Origin: Vitrella brassicaformis CCMP3155
Lineage: Eukaryota > Protista > Chromerida
Assembly: GCA_001179505.1 (NCBI GenBank)
Contig: CDMY01000434.1
Coordinates: 13,243 to 77,242 of the forward strand
DNA: 64,000 nt
Direction: 5' to 3'
Part shown: positions 42,101 through 56,404 of the stretch, piece after piece
Position numbering within the stretch: position 1 is the stretch's first letter
Layout of the letters: every line of letters starts with the position of its first letter
Notes under the pieces: model-generated
Seen by the model: only the letters and a program-made list of their open reading frames with translations
What the model was told of the DNA's origin: nothing
Databases searched by the model: none
Position numbers and translations under genes: made by a program

Positions 42101-44396
42101 CTTGCGCGCGTCGCCCCAGAAGAGCCTGTGGTTGAGGTTGATCAGCGGCACCGCGCCCATCGCGCCGAACCAGTCCACCCCCCGCCCTGCGCCCAACACA
42201 CAGACACAGAGGCGTTCACCTCAATCCCCATCTCTCTCTCTCTCTCTCTGTCTCTTTCTGTTTGTGTGTGTGTGTGTGGCTAAGAGTGGCTGGCCGGCTG
42301 ACCGGCCTGCGGTCGGTCGAACCCCTCTCTGCGCATGATGCGTCTAAGCCGCAGCACAAACTGCCCCACGCGTACGCGGATTGGCTTCTCGTGCCCGTTG
42401 GCCACCTCACAACCCACAAGCATCTCCTACACACACACACACACACACACATCATGATGTGCATACGAGGGTGTCCGCGTGTCGCCTCTGTCTCTGTCTC
42501 TGTGAACGACTCACTCACCCGGACAGCCTGCGGGACGAAGCCAACGGTCTCTGGTATGAGATTGACGCGGCTTCCCCCTCCAGCCGATGCGCCCGCCCCC
42601 CCGCCCACACCGCCCCCCCCGGCACCACCGGAACCGCCCAGAATGGCCNNNNNNNNNNNNNNNNNNNNNNNNNNNNNNNNNNNNNNNNNNNNNNNNNNNN
42701 NNNNNNNNNNNNNNNNNNNNNNNNNNNNNNNNNNNNNNNNNNNNNNNNNNNNNNNNNNNNNNNNNNNNNNNNNNNNNNNNNNNNNNNNNNNNNNNNNNNN
42801 NNNNNNNNNNNNNNNNNNNNNNNNNNNNNNNNNNNNNNNNNNNNNNNNNNNNNNNNNNNNNNNNNNNNNNNNNNNNNNNNNNNNNNNNNNNNNNNNNNNN
42901 NNNNNNNNNNNNNNNNNNNNNNNNNNNNNNNNNNNNNNNNNNNNNNNNGCATGGCCCGTCTCATCGCCTGTGCCATGAGCTTCTTCTGCCTCTCGTGCTC
43001 GTGCTGCACCGCCCGCCACTCGACCTCCTTCCACCGCTCGGTGATGGTGCGGCGGACGTAGTAGGCGCCCTCGTGGGGGTCGCGGATGTCGAAGGACGGG
43101 ACCGCTATGGGGTAGAAAAGCTTGTCGTCGCAGTTGCGGACGACGCAGACGGGCTCCCCTTCCTTGGCGAACTCGGACTGGGAAGAGCGCCAGACCACCT
43201 CGCCCTCGATCAGAGATTTCAATGACTGGTGGGGGAAGACACACCCACACACACAGAGAGGGAGAGAGAGAGAGAGAGAGTGGTGGTGAAGGGGTGGTGG
43301 TCTTGTGGTAGGGTGGGTTGGGTTACAATCATGGTAAACGACTCGCGCAGGATCCTCCGGTCGCTCGGGTCGCGGATTAACATCTGACACCACACAGACA
43401 GACAGACAGACAGACATAGAAAGCCGTCCACCCACCCCTAGACGCCACANNNNNNNNNNNNNNNNNNNNNNNNNNNNNNNNNNNNNNNNNNNNNNNNNNN
43501 NNNNNNNNNNNNNNNNNNNNNNNNNNNNNNNNNNNNNNNNNNNNNNNNNNNNNNNNNNNNNNNNNNNNNNNNNNNNNNNNNNNNNNNNNNNNNNNNNNNN
43601 NNNNNNNNNNNNNNNNNNNNNNNNNNNNNNNNNNNNNNNNNNNNNNNNNNNNNNNNNNNNNNNNNNNNNNNNNNNNNNNNNNNNNNNNNNNNNNNNNNNN
43701 NNNNNNNNNNNNNNNNNNNNNNNNNNNNNNNNNNNNNNNNNNNNNNNNNCCTGCAGCCGTGCCACAATGTGCGACCCCGGTATCCGGTCAGAAATGACGT
43801 GCCCCACCGGCCTGACGAAGGTCCGGTTGAACTCCCACTCATAGAACCCCAGCGACTTGGAGGCCACCATGGGCCTGTGGCTGGGGGTCCCTGCCGACGT
43901 CCGCATCCAGTCGGGGACGTGGATGTCCCGCACCGACGACCGCCGATAGCCCCCACCCAGGCCCCGCAGCGCCCGGCTCACGAGAGACGACCCGCTTCTC
44001 TCAGAAGCACTGTCTTTGTCAGCACCAGAGGCCGGCCTGATGGATGGATGGAATAAATGGGAAAGAAAGAGAGAGAGATGCAATGAAAGTGTCCTCTGTG
44101 CCCGCCATGCCGTACCATCTGTCATTGGCGACGTTTTGGTCGAGTATGGCAGCGGCCGACATGAAAGGGTCGACGGGCGGGCCGCCCTGCAGCTGAGCGG
44201 TGGCGGGCGCGGGCCTGCTGGCGTTGGGTGCGGGCTGAGGGGAGGGCGCGGGGTACTGGCCGTATCTTGTGGGGTCGATCGGCTCGTCCTCGGGATCTGG
44301 CGCCGAGTGTCCATAACCGTAGTCATTGGGGTTCACCTGCACACAGACAGAGACAGAGATGCATGGGTGTGTTGTGTTGTTCTTGTGCTGTGGCGG

Positions 44397-44428
<32 letters not shown>

Positions 44429-47400
44429 CCCTTACCCTGAGTATAGGGTTCTCGAAAGGAGTGTCGGCTTCAAGCGGGTTGTTGGCGTAGAAGTCGCCCG
44501 CGTTGAAGTAGAACGTCTCGGTGCGGCCCAGATCGTCCTGTGTGTCAGTCACATCACACACCACACACCAGACACAGACACATCAATCGAGAGCCACCAT
44601 ACGATATGGATTGGTTGGGTGGTACCCACCTACCGTGATGAAGAATATGTCCTGGTCCCTCAGGTGCCTCCCAATGAAGATGTCTTCATCGTACATGAGC
44701 TCGCCCTCCATCTCACTAAACACATCCACCGTCACCTCATAGGTGCTCACCGCCCGCTTGACCCTCAGCCTCGACAGGCGACTCCCCCCCGCCCCCCGCA
44801 CCACCCTCACCCCCTCCCCTCCCCCTCCCCCGCCCTCTCTCACGTCGCCCGCCATCACGGCAGCCCGTTTCTCGGGCACCACAGGCAAGCCCGCCTTCTT
44901 GCCGGTGAAGAAGCAGAGATCCTCCAGAGTGCCGCCTTCTTTGGCATGGTGAAGGTACCCCTGCAGTGGGAGGGAGAGGGTGCCGAGGTCCTTGGTGCCG
45001 CGGAGGATGGTCCAGGTGTCGGTGCGGAAGCGGAAGGTGACGTCTGGGAGGATGGCGTGGGGCTGGCTCGTTGTGGGGTCGACCAGGTAGGGGAGGGGGG
45101 GCGACCGGAACGGCGGGAGGTCCAGCCGCAGACCTGACAGACAGACACGCAGAAGGGATGAGGGTGGGAGGCATCCATCCCTCCCTCCTTCGATGTGGAC
45201 CATCTCACCCAGGAATCGGTGTGGCGACGGGATGATCACAGGGTCGTTCGCGCCGCCGCCCATGCGGCTGACGTTGCTGCTCGACACGATCGACGGCCCA
45301 CCGCCCCCGCCTCGTGCGCCAGGGGGCGAGAAGAGCTGCAGCTCGTCGAGGTTGTCGAGGGTCTCGGTGTGGCCGAGAGCCAGCCTGCGGAACTTGGTTT
45401 TGAACTCCCTGAACTCGTCTCGCGTTGGGGGGTCGGTCTTGATCTGCAGCTCAGGCAGCTGGGTCTCGTCCATGCCCACCTCTGTCTCGCCGCACCACGT
45501 CGACACGAGCAGCCTGCATTAGCAAATGGACGAATGGATGGATGGAGGAGGAGTGAGTGTGTGTGTGGGGGTGGGTCGCTTAGCTTACTTGGGTCGAGTC
45601 GGCGCCTGGTCATCCGGCACCCGCCGGACGCCCAGCAGGTCCAGCCGGAAGCGATAGTACCTGTCCTCCTCACCCATAGTAATCGGCCGCACGGCGTACT
45701 CACAGTCGACCCCTTTCCTCCTTTTCTTCCCCCTCTCCCTCTGCCTCTCCTTCTCCCTCCTGGCACCATCCTGCTGCCCAGGCCCAATGCACGAGTAACC
45801 CAGCGCACAGAGGATCTTGGTCCTCTGGCGCCATGCCGGCCTGTCCGCCGCAGAGAGGTCCAGGGGTGGCTCGTCGGTGAAGAGGTACCACATGGGTCTG
45901 TGGGCTGAGTTGAGGTGCCGGTCGCGGAGGCCGGGGTGGAGGGCGGCGTCGGCATACGAGCTGGCCTCGGTGTCCAGCACGTTGGGCGTCCACTCCACCG
46001 TCTGCAAGGGACACCACACCACACCACACCGACACAACAGAGATAGATGCCTCCATGCCTCTCCCTCCCTCCCTCCCTCCCTCCCTCTCTGCCTCACACC
46101 CACCTGGCCGATCTTCTCGAATGATTCTACGAATCCGACATCCCTGTCCTTCAGCTGCAGCACCACCGGTGGCAACGGCAGCGAGCAGTCAACCAAACAG
46201 GATGACGGCACCCCGCCCGCACCACCAGTGGCAGCACCACCACGGGCCCTAACGGGGCTGGGATTGGGGGGGATGTAGACAGAGATGGGGACTGCCGTGC
46301 GGTGGAGGAAGGACGGGTTCATGGACTTGGGTATCTGGTCTCGAGCGGGCCAGACGGTCTTGTCCTCGACGAGGATCTCCCACATGGGGTCGACCAGGCC
46401 GTCCTCGTCCATGGGGGGGATGTTCCGGCCCTGCCACACACACACACACACACACAGGGAGAGAGATGCACACATAAGAGTGAGTGATTGATTGCCACAC
46501 ATGGATGGAGAAGTGTCTGTTACCGTTACCTGAAGGATGTCGGCGTGGAGCCAGACCTCTTTCACCGCCTCCCTGGCCTCCCTCTCGTGGTAGATGGGCA
46601 GCATCCCGCCCTCGTCCTCCTCAACCACACCACCACTACCACGAGCCCCACCTCCCGCACCAGAAGCAGAAGGCACGAACATGCCACACAGCGGAGGGCC
46701 GTGGCCCGGGGCCGCCTTGGCGCCGTTGTCCTGCTGCTGCTGCTCGCGGTCGTGGTCGTGTTGGCCATGCTCATGCTCGTCCTCGTTCCACTGGTCGTCT
46801 GAGGCCTTGTCGATGTCGGCGTCGTCGAAGTAGGCCCGGCCCTCCTCTAGAGAGAGGGCGGCTGGGCGGGGGAGCCCCACTGCTGCTGCTGCTCGGCGAT
46901 GCTGAGCGACGGATGGGAAACACACAAAGAGAGACAAGTGCTCCACCCCCCCTTCCATTCACCCCCCCCTCGCACCCACACACCTGCTCTCTCTGCGCAA
47001 TGGTCTTGAGAGGCACCAGCCGGGCCCACCCCAACACACACCCCGCGAAGTTGCTCTGGATGGCGCTCTCGGGCGTGGCCACGACGCTCTGGTCCCAGTG
47101 CAGCCGACACCACCTGGGCGACGGCGAGCCGTCACTCATCAGAGGACCGTACTGGCCGCCCGACTGCGCACGGCGGACATTGAAGTCATCGCCGTCATCT
47201 CCGCGGAGGGAGCCGATGTCAGACTGGCGGTCCTCCTCCTCTTCGTCGACATTAGACTCGTGGTCCGAGTCGAACGCTGCGGATGACGAGCGGCGCTTCC
47301 TCGACTTGCGGTCTGCGAGAGAAAGAGAGAAGAATAATATGCGGGGGTGGCTTTGTCTGTCTGTCTGTCTGTGTGTGTGTGTGTATGTGTGTGTCGTGGG

Positions 47401-48631
47401 TGTTTGTCGGGGGTGCTGGGAGGGGGGAGGGTTCATCAACCATACCGTGGAGGTCGAGTCGAGCGAAGATCTTGGGCGGCTGCCACTCCTGGCCACGCAC
47501 CTGACCACACACACACACAAAGAGATACAGCTACAGCTACATGGCTGCGCCATGGTGCGGTGCTGTGAGCACTTTCCACTCCACCGACCCACCTACCTTG
47601 ATGTAGATGTAGACGTACTGCACCTGGGGCAGCACGGTGAGGTCGCGCGACACCCGCTGCACCCACGCGATCCTGTCCCCAAACGGGTCGCCCGTCGGCT
47701 GCTCCCACAACTCAGAATCGTCAAACACGCTGCTGCCGTCCTCGCCGTCCTCACCCTCACCATCCTCATCTTCGTCACTCTCTTTGTCCGTCTCCTGCCC
47801 CCCCGCAGCAGCAGCAGCAGCAGCGACTTGCTCAGGCGTGTCAGGGGCGTCCATCGCACTGCGTGCTGTGTCCACAGGGGCCGATCGGGACCTGTGTGTG
47901 GCCGGGCTCGCCACACGAGCGGTGTCAGGGGGCCGGGAGGGAGGGGAGACAGAGGGGGAGGAGGGCGATGGGGAGACGGAGGAGGCCCCCGCACCACCAA
48001 AGATGCTCAGGCGGCCGAAGGTGTCGGCGAAGGACGACCGGCGGCCGCGTTGTTGGGCTTGCTTGGCGCGTTCCTGGGCCTGTCTGCGCTTGGTCCGGTC
48101 CTGGATGAACTGCTTGTGCCGTTTGGCGCGCTCCGCCTCGCGGGCGGCGTTGGCCTCCACTGCGGCCTTGACGTCGTCGGTCGAGTAGAAACGGAGCACA
48201 CCTAACCACCCCACATGACACGGGAGAGGAAGGTGTGACAGGCGCGAAGCGCGAAGTTCTTCCTGACGGTGTTGTGTTACCGTGTTGGTTGACTCTCCCA
48301 GGGAAGGTGAGGATGTCGCCGGTCATGTCAGCCGGGTCGTACTCCCCCAGGTCGCCCTCCTCGCTCTCCACCCACAGCTGCCCCTTCTGCGTGCGGCGCA
48401 TCGACCGCTCGAGCATCCTCTCGAACTGTGTCTTCTTCTTGGGCATGGCGTGGGGCTTGGGAATGGCGCACCCGGCCACCTGCACCGTCACGAGCACCTC
48501 CTGGCCGCGAAAGGCGGGGTCCGTTATGTACAGGCCGCGGAAGAGGCGCACCTCCAGACGCATCGGGGTGGTGTCCTGGTGGACAGAGAGACAGAAACGA
48601 GTACATGGATGGATAGATGGTCGGCGACTCT

Positions 48632-48666
<35 letters not shown>

Positions 48667-51202
48667 TGCGTGTGTGTGTGTGTGTGTGTGAATGGCACAT
48701 CGGTGGGGGGCCAGTTGCGCTTCCTGGATGGCCGTCGAGTGTCCCATGAGAGGCAGAGGGATCCCCTGTAGGTGGACGGCGGGACGATGCCGCCCCGGAT
48801 CATGGCCAGCTCGTGGTCGGGGCGGGAGGAGTGCACGCAGCCCCCATACAGATGGTACCATTGCTGCACGGAGGCAGGGGAGGGAGAGGGTGGGGGTGGG
48901 GGTGGTTCTCTTTGTGAGTGTGTGTATGTGTGGTGTGTGGTGTGTTGTGTGTGGTGTGTGGTGTAGTGTGGTTACGCGTTTGTTTGGCCTGATTGACCAG
49001 AGCGCGAGGGACCCGATCAGCTCCTCCATCTTCATCGGGCCCATCGAGTCGTCATCCAACAGGTCTATCTGCTCAAACAGACAAACCCACCACATGCTTC
49101 CACGATGCCTGCCTGTCTGGCTCCCTCCGTCACTCAGCTCGTTCCTTACCTCAATCTTGGTCCGCTGCTCCCCTCTAATCTGTATCTGGATGGGCTGCCA
49201 GGCGACCCTCCGCTGCATCTTGACCAAGCGGGCGGTCTCGGCGCGGTCGCGACCGATCGACACACTGACGAATGGATAGCGAACACACACATGGATGCGC
49301 TGTGTGCGTGTGTGGGGTGGGGGAAGAGGGGGAGGGGGAGGGGGAGGGGAAGGGGGGGAGCACCCACCCACTCTGACGCTTACCGGAGGAAAGGGTCGCA
49401 CAGCCGGCCGACCATGGTCTTGCTCCAGGCCTTGTCCATCTCGGGCAGATTGTCAGCTGACACCCACACACACCCACACCCACACCCACACACACATGTG
49501 TGTGTGCTTGTGTGGTGGTGGTGAGTGTTGGCTGGCTGGCTGCCAGACTGACTGACTGACCGTAGGCGTAGAGCCAGAAGGGTTTGGGTGCGGAGCCCTT
49601 GCCCCCCGCCCACACCCCTTTGCTCCGGGGCGGGGCCTTGATGTCGTAGACGTACTTATGCGGGCCGTCCTCAGACACGTACAGGTCAATCTGATTTTAA
49701 GACCGATCGGACCGACAGACGTGTCGATGGATAGGTGACGACATCTGATCTGGATGGGTGAACGGTCACGTCTGTGACGTACCATGAGCTGGGCAGATCC
49801 CCTCTCGTGGATGCGGTCGAAGGCCACGCCGACCATCGCACGGACCTCTTTGCTCTCCTCTGATGTGATCACCGACATACCACATTTGCCACACACACCA
49901 CACCACACCCTCTCAGCCGTCGGCTCACCGAGTTCCGCCTCGACCACGTCGAGTGTGTCCTCCCAAGCGCCCAGCAGCTGCAGCAGCGGCGTCTCGCGCA
50001 CCCCAATGCCGCCCTGGTGCTCCTTATCGTCAAGCCAGTTTGTCCACTCCACCCTCTCCTGGCTCCCAACGCTGTACCGACGGCTGTCGGAGCGTGTCTT
50101 GTCACCACCCTGCTGCTGTTGGTGGAGGGAGGCCAGCCGGTCTGGCGGGGAGAGAGGCATCGGGGGCGACTCGAGATCGAGGTTGAGGCCGCCGGCTGAT
50201 GCTGCTGCTGGGTCGGCTTCTTCTTCTGCAAACAGAGAGAGAGAGGGGAGCAGAGAGAGAGAGAGAGAGGGAGAGGGACGTCCACCTCTGTGTGTGTGTG
50301 TGTGTGTGTTCGGGGAGGGGAGGGGAGGGGAGGGGAGGGGGGGGCTACCCACCTGGCATCGTCACCGTGTGGGCGAGACCACCCCCACCACCCCCACGGG
50401 CGGCGTTGTCGGCCTTGATGCTGAGCAAGGACCACTTGAACTTGCGCATCTGCTTCCTCTCCTCATGTTTGATCTTCTTGAGCTCTTGGGCGTGGTCCCG
50501 CATCCGCTGCCGCTCCTCCTGCCGCCGCTGTCGCTCCAGGAACTGGGCCTCGCGACGACGCTCACGGGTACACTGGTCCAGAAGGGCTGGAGACATGCAG
50601 AGATCCACAGAGAGAGGGAGAGAGGGAGAGAGGGAGGGAGAGAGAGAGATTGGGGGGCGGGAGAAGGGGTGATGTGTGTGCGCGTGCCTTCTGATGCGGT
50701 GAGTATTTCGACTCTGAGTTTGTATGAGAGCAGCCGGGCGCGGTCGGCGTCGAACTCAAAGATGTGTGTCCACCTGCAGCAGGGCAGACACATAGACGAG
50801 AGAGAGGCAACAGCGAGGGAGGGAGGGAGGGATGGATCGGGTGCACTTTCGCCTCGGTAGGTTAGGTACCCTTCCTGGTTCTCGCCCAACGCGGCCACAC
50901 GGCCGTCCTTCTGAAAGGCAGACAGACAGACAGATGTCGCCGCACAGAGAGAGATCAGCTGACTGACCAGTTTGGCAGGCGGCCCGAGGATCGTCTGCCC
51001 CTCACGCCGGTCGCCGAGCTGCGACAGACAGGCACAGACACATCACATTTCGTTCCTCGCGTCCACGCCTATGCCAGCCCAGTCTGTGTGTGTGTGTGTG
51101 TTGTGGCCACCGCATACTTACAATGAGTTTGGGCACGACGATGGTGTTCTTCATGGGCCGGTCCACCTTCATGTCCAGCACGGTCACCTGCAGCCATACA
51201 CA

Positions 51203-51237
<35 letters not shown>

Positions 51238-51651
51238 GGAGGGCGGATACACACTCTGTCTGTCTGTCTGTGTGTGTGTGTGTGTGTGTGTGCTGACCGC
51301 CAGGCAGTATCGCTGCACCAGGTTGCTCTCTTCGATAGGTGCGCTGGTGCTCAGCTTGACCAGATCGGGCGCGTTCTCTGACCGACCGACCGACACACAC
51401 GCACGGCCATGCATCGGCTCGGTCCATGCGCCCTCCCTCCATCCCTCCCTCCGTCCGTCCCTCCCTCCCTCCCTCCCTCCTCACCGAGTGAGTCTGTGAC
51501 CTGGTAGGCCACGAAGAGGCGGCTATCCCTGACACGATACACACACGACACACATAAGCGTGGATCGTTGTGTGTGTGTTGTAGCCAGCATTGTGTGGTG
51601 TGGTGTTCACTTGTTCCCGGGGACGTTCTCCAGCTCAAGCAACTGCGAGGC

Positions 51652-51691
<40 letters not shown>

Positions 51692-52604
51692 TGAGAAGAG
51701 TGTGTCCAGCGAGTGGAGTGAATGAAATGCAGTGCATCTTTCCATCTCTGGCGACCCGCGTAGATAACGTTAGTTAGGTACCTCTCGGTTGATGCGCCGG
51801 TCTGTGGTGCCGATCCTGATCGGTCAATCGAAACATAGCATAGACACACACATGCATGGCCTCGCCTCGCATCAAGCCAAGGGGCCCTCCCTCCCTCCCT
51901 CTCTCCGTGTGTCTGTGTGTCTGTGTGCGCCTACGGCAGGGATGCGGTTCCCAGCAGGTCGTCCTTGGACAGAAAGTCGTAGTCGAACACCTTGAACAGC
52001 AGCTCCTGGATCAAGACACACACACACACACACACACACAGAGACTGGTTGATCGGTTCGTTCTCATTCACTCACACCCATGCCGTTGCTCACCCACCCC
52101 TTGTTTGCCAATTATCTCCGTTTCCCAAGTGTCGTTCCACACGGGGTTGAGCGACTTGGGCACCACACGAGTCTTGTGGGACTTGCCCTGGAAACTGACA
52201 CACACACACACAGACACACACACACAGACACACACACACAGACACACACGCACAAAGAGGGCGTACAGGCAGCAAGACACCCACTGCCGCTCCTCTCTCT
52301 CTGTCGGCAGCACTCACTGCACGACGACATAAGGGTCCGAGGAAGTGATATCCCCTATAGCGAGGTTCGAGGCGCTCAGCACGGTGAGGCGCAGGTAGGC
52401 GGGCGGGTCGTGGACGTCCCTCTCGATGGAATAGATGTTCTCCTCCTCCGGCTGCGGGGCGCTGCACCAGTTGAGCATCATCTTGGCCTGCTTCTTGGCG
52501 AGCTCGTGCTCCAGCGTCTTGGGCTCGTCCTTCTGCAGACCCTTGGACAGCTCTGATATCACCGACGCCGCGTTGGCGGCCTTCCACATCAAAGTGTTCT
52601 TCAT
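39112..52604 (-). CDS. Ferlin-family multi-C2-domain membrane protein with C-terminal TM helix
   Basis: N-terminal C2 (LRLTVLSASNL...SDPYVVVQ...KTRVVPKSLNPVWND...VFDYDFLSKDDLLG), WYHLYGG...STYRGSLCLS, IGEARIDVEDRW, TDVHKFAQDMANFNYRILFPI, GDGRNEPNRNPHLPPPRDRLDWS...FIRMLIGP, TM CSIILITFCAFIALVIAQLIAV. Some exons are hidden by gaps. Confidence 0.9.
42649..42948. other. Scaffold gap (300 N) within ferlin coding sequence
   Basis: N run. Confidence 0.99.
43450..43749. other. Scaffold gap (300 N) within the ferlin gene
   Basis: N run. Confidence 0.99.
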
Positions 52605-53017
52605 CTTTAGCTAGATAGATCTACGTGCCGGGCGGGCTGGCTGGCGGAATGGGATGAGTCAGCTCAGCTGGGGCGGCTCTGGCTGTTCTGTTGTTGGCTT
52701 TTGTTGGCTGCTTCAGCACCCCACCGCACCGGCCTCAGCGGCATGCGATGAAACTCATGTGCGATTTCTTCAGCGAGTCGGCAGATATGAGCCGACCTCT
52801 CCTGAGGCATCTGCACACATTGCTGATCCGATCTCTCCAGAGGCTCGCCGAGAAGTGTGTTTAAAGGAGATCAGCCGCCCTAAGCCCGAAGATCTGCGCG
52901 GCCCGATGGCTGTAATGTGCCAAGCCGAGGGCAGTATTCGCTTGCCGCGGCTGGGCTGACCCTTCATCCGTAAGTGACACACATCACATCGTCTCTCTCT
53001 GTGCCATGCCTTAGTGC

Positions 53018-55080
53018 ATGACGGGTGTCTGCGTGACCCGTTCGGCCCTCCCCCTCGCCCCTCCCTCCACCCATGGATGCCCTCACCTCCCCCACCCCCC
53101 CGCACCAGCAGCAGCCCCCTCTCAGACTGACCACCCTGCTGTAGCTGATTCACTCCCGCACACCACGGTGCTCGACCTGCCCCTGCGGACGCCCGACTCC
53201 ATAGTGGCAGCTGTGCTGGACTGGGGCGAGTCCACCGACGAGGACGACGCAGAAGCGGACGACGGCGCGCATTCACGCGCAGGGGCAGAGGATCATCATT
53301 GGATTGACCCTGCTGTTGGTGCTGGAGCTGAAGAGCTTCATCTCTCTCTTTGTTGCAAGGAGAGGGCCTTGGTATTGCCTGCTGAGGGAGAGGGGGACGA
53401 CTGCGTGGGGTTCTTCCAGCGGTCGACTGACATGCCGGCGGCCGACACCGAGATGACCCACTCTATACTCGCGGTTCATCCCATCTTCTGCGCAGACATG
53501 GACACACACGGGGGGGCCAGGGGCGGTGGCCGGGGTGGCAAGGGGCGCACAAGCAGCAGCGGCAAGGCACCATCCATCTCCACATCCACACCCACACACA
53601 CAGCCACAGCCACAGCGGTGCGGCAGCATCATCAGCAGCAGCAGCACTGGCCCGTGTCGATTCTCAAGCGCAAGGCGACTCCCACCGTCAGCAAGCAACC
53701 GGAGGGCACGCAGGCGAGCAGCGAGTCGGATACCGATCACCGCCTTAAGCAGCCCGTGCTCTCGCGGCATGACTCGATCGTTTTGCGCAAGGGGCAGCTG
53801 CAGGCCGACATGGACGGCAAACAGCACCAGAAGAATTGCGGCAGTGACTGCTGTGGGAAGGTGGTGGACGGGGAGGCTCTCGCCATGCCCGACGGCTGGA
53901 CCTCCTTCGCCCCAACGGCCTCCTCCTCCACGACCGTAGACAGCCCCACCCCAGTACCTGTCAGCTTCCCCGCCCCCAACGACACCGACACCGACGCACA
54001 CGCGGCACCGGCTGCATGTGACAGCACCAGCCTCCCCTCGGACGAGCCGTCCTCGGCCGACGACCACCTACTTCTTTGCCCCACTGCCACCGCCAACCAC
54101 ACGGACGGTCGTCTGGGTGGTGCTGGGTTTGGGTCGGTTGAGGCGTGTGTCAAGAGCGGGACTGATGTGAGCGGCATGAGTAGTGGTAGCGTGTTGACGG
54201 AGGGAGGGGAGGGGGAGGTAGAGGGAGGGGGGGAGGAGCCGGTGGATAGTCTCGGACGACTGGTGGAGTTTTGTGAGGACGGACGGCGCATCCGGAGGGA
54301 CGCCTGGGGCACACCGATCGGGGCAGAGGGCGGCAGGCACAAGGTCAGTCAGTCAGTCGGGCAGACAGGCACACAGCAACAGCACCATGGATGGATGGCA
54401 CATCTGTCTGTCTGTCTGTCTGCCTGGCTGTGGGGTCTTGTCAGGTGACGTTTCGCGACGCCATTCTCAACGCGCCTCTGTGCGACGTCCATGTGTCGTG
54501 GACGCACTACCCCTCGCCCTCATGCAAGACACAGCCGCCCTGCTTCCCCCCATTCCGCCTGGCACACCTCTCCCCCACACGACTCTTCCCGCCACAGTCG
54601 CCCATGGCACGACGGCTACAGCAGCACCAACACCAGCAGCTTAAGCAGAGGCCGCCACACCCACACGCCCTGCCGGCCCCCCCGACCACTCTCGACCCCA
54701 ACAGGATGGCCGTCGACCCCGCCAGAGTTGACTACCTGGATGTGGCCGTCCAAGAGGACCACCGCATCACGGGAAATGGGCGTGTGGTGGCCGTGCGGCT
54801 CAGCAGAGGGGCGCGGGACGATGCCGATGGCCATCATGGCGCGATTGGGCGGTCGGTGTCTGCGCCCGCTCTCGGGGGCCGGCTGCCGCTGCGTGTGTGC
54901 GACCAGTCGCCTGTGAGCCTGCACGGGGTGTCGGTTGCGTACGAGGTGCGCGAGGGCTGTGTGGATGGGGTGGGGGGGCTGCTGGGCGAGGAGGTGGGGG
55001 TGAGCGGCGATGGGTATGGGGACGGGTGGGACGATGTGAGACGCAGGAGGGGCAAGCACAAGGCGTGCGCCATCATGTAG
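53018..55080 (+). CDS. Low-complexity protein with SILK and RVxF-type PP1-docking motifs and a polybasic CaaX C-terminus
   Basis: Two exons (53018-54343, 54445-55080): VSILKRK; RRDAWGTPIGAEGGRHK|VTFRDAILNAPLCDVHV; ends RRRRGKHKACAIM*. Confidence 0.7.
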
Positions 55081-55876
55081 CCACCAACTACCTACCTAGC
55101 CTAGCTAGCCAGCCAGCCGCGGGGAGCGGGATCTTTTTTGACGTCCCGTCTCCTCTCCCCCCCCCCTCTCTCTGTCTGTCTGTCTGTCTGTGCGTGCGTG
55201 CGTGTGTGTGTGGAGGGGGTTGGTTGGTGTGGGTGTGGGTGTGTCTTCTTTCTCGCCTCGCCTTGTGAGCGAGTGGCCGGGTGGGTTGGTGGGGTGGGTT
55301 GGTGGGTCCTTCTTTCTTGATGCATCTCTTTCTCCCTGTCGGTCTGTCTGTCTGTCTGTCTATGTGTCTATGTACTGACTGATTGCATGGAATGCATTCC
55401 AGGAATGGATGGCTTTATCCATCTCTATCTATTATATACTCAATCTATCAATCGTCGAGTGACCGGATGGACGGACAAGTATGCCTAGTCACACAGGGGG
55501 GCAGGAATGGATGGATCGGCCGACCGATGAATGCATTAGCGAGGAAAGGCGGTGTGTGTGTGTGTGCGGATCGATCGCTCTGTGTCGAAGTGGCCTGTTT
55601 TGCTTGCCATGTGCCACAGTTAGCAGAGCCGAGATTCGTGACATGTGGCTTCTTCTCTGATGGATTGCCTGTCCGCCTTTCCTCTCTCTGTTGTGCGGGG
55701 GATGGCAAGCTGACTGACAAGCAGAAAGGACGGACCGATCGAGATGGATGGACAGAAATGAGATGCATTGCATGCGTGTGGTTGAACGAACAAGATTGCC
55801 CCGTGTTGGTGGTTGAACGAATGAACAAGATTTTCGTTGGCTGTGTCCTGTGTCCGTCCAGCTAGTTGCCCTGCGT

Positions 55877-56404
55877 CAAGTCAATGGCTGCCTGCCTGCC
55901 TGCGTCAATCAAGTGACTGACTGACTGACTAGCTGACTAACTGACTGACTGCAGGCGTAGCTGCCCTCACTGTTCATACGCACACACACCTCTTTCTTCC
56001 TACTTACACGTACTATCAGCGCCGCTCACTGGGAGGATGCCTGGGCTGCACACTATGGTTGCAGGGGGCGTGCCAGTGCAGCAGAGCAGGTGGGGGCGGG
56101 TTGGCTGACTAAGTGACTAACTACCTCTCTGGCTAGGGTTCAAGTCAATGGCTGCCTGCCTGCCTGCGTCAATCAAGTGACTGACTGACTGACTAGCTGA
56201 CTAACTGACTGACTGCAGGCGTAGCTGCCCTCACTGTTCATACGCACACACACCTCTTTCTTCCTACTTACACGTACTATCAGCGCCGCTCACTGGGAGG
56301 ATGCCTGGGCTGCACACTATGGTTGCAGGGGGCGTGCCAGTGCAGCAGAGCAGGTGGGGGCGGGTTGGCTGACTAAGTGACTAACTACCTCTCTGGCTAG
56401 GGTT
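55877..56404. repeat. Two apparently identical head-to-tail copies of a 264-bp unique sequence (55877-56140, 56141-56404)
   Basis: Base-by-base visual comparison found no differences. Confidence 0.95.
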
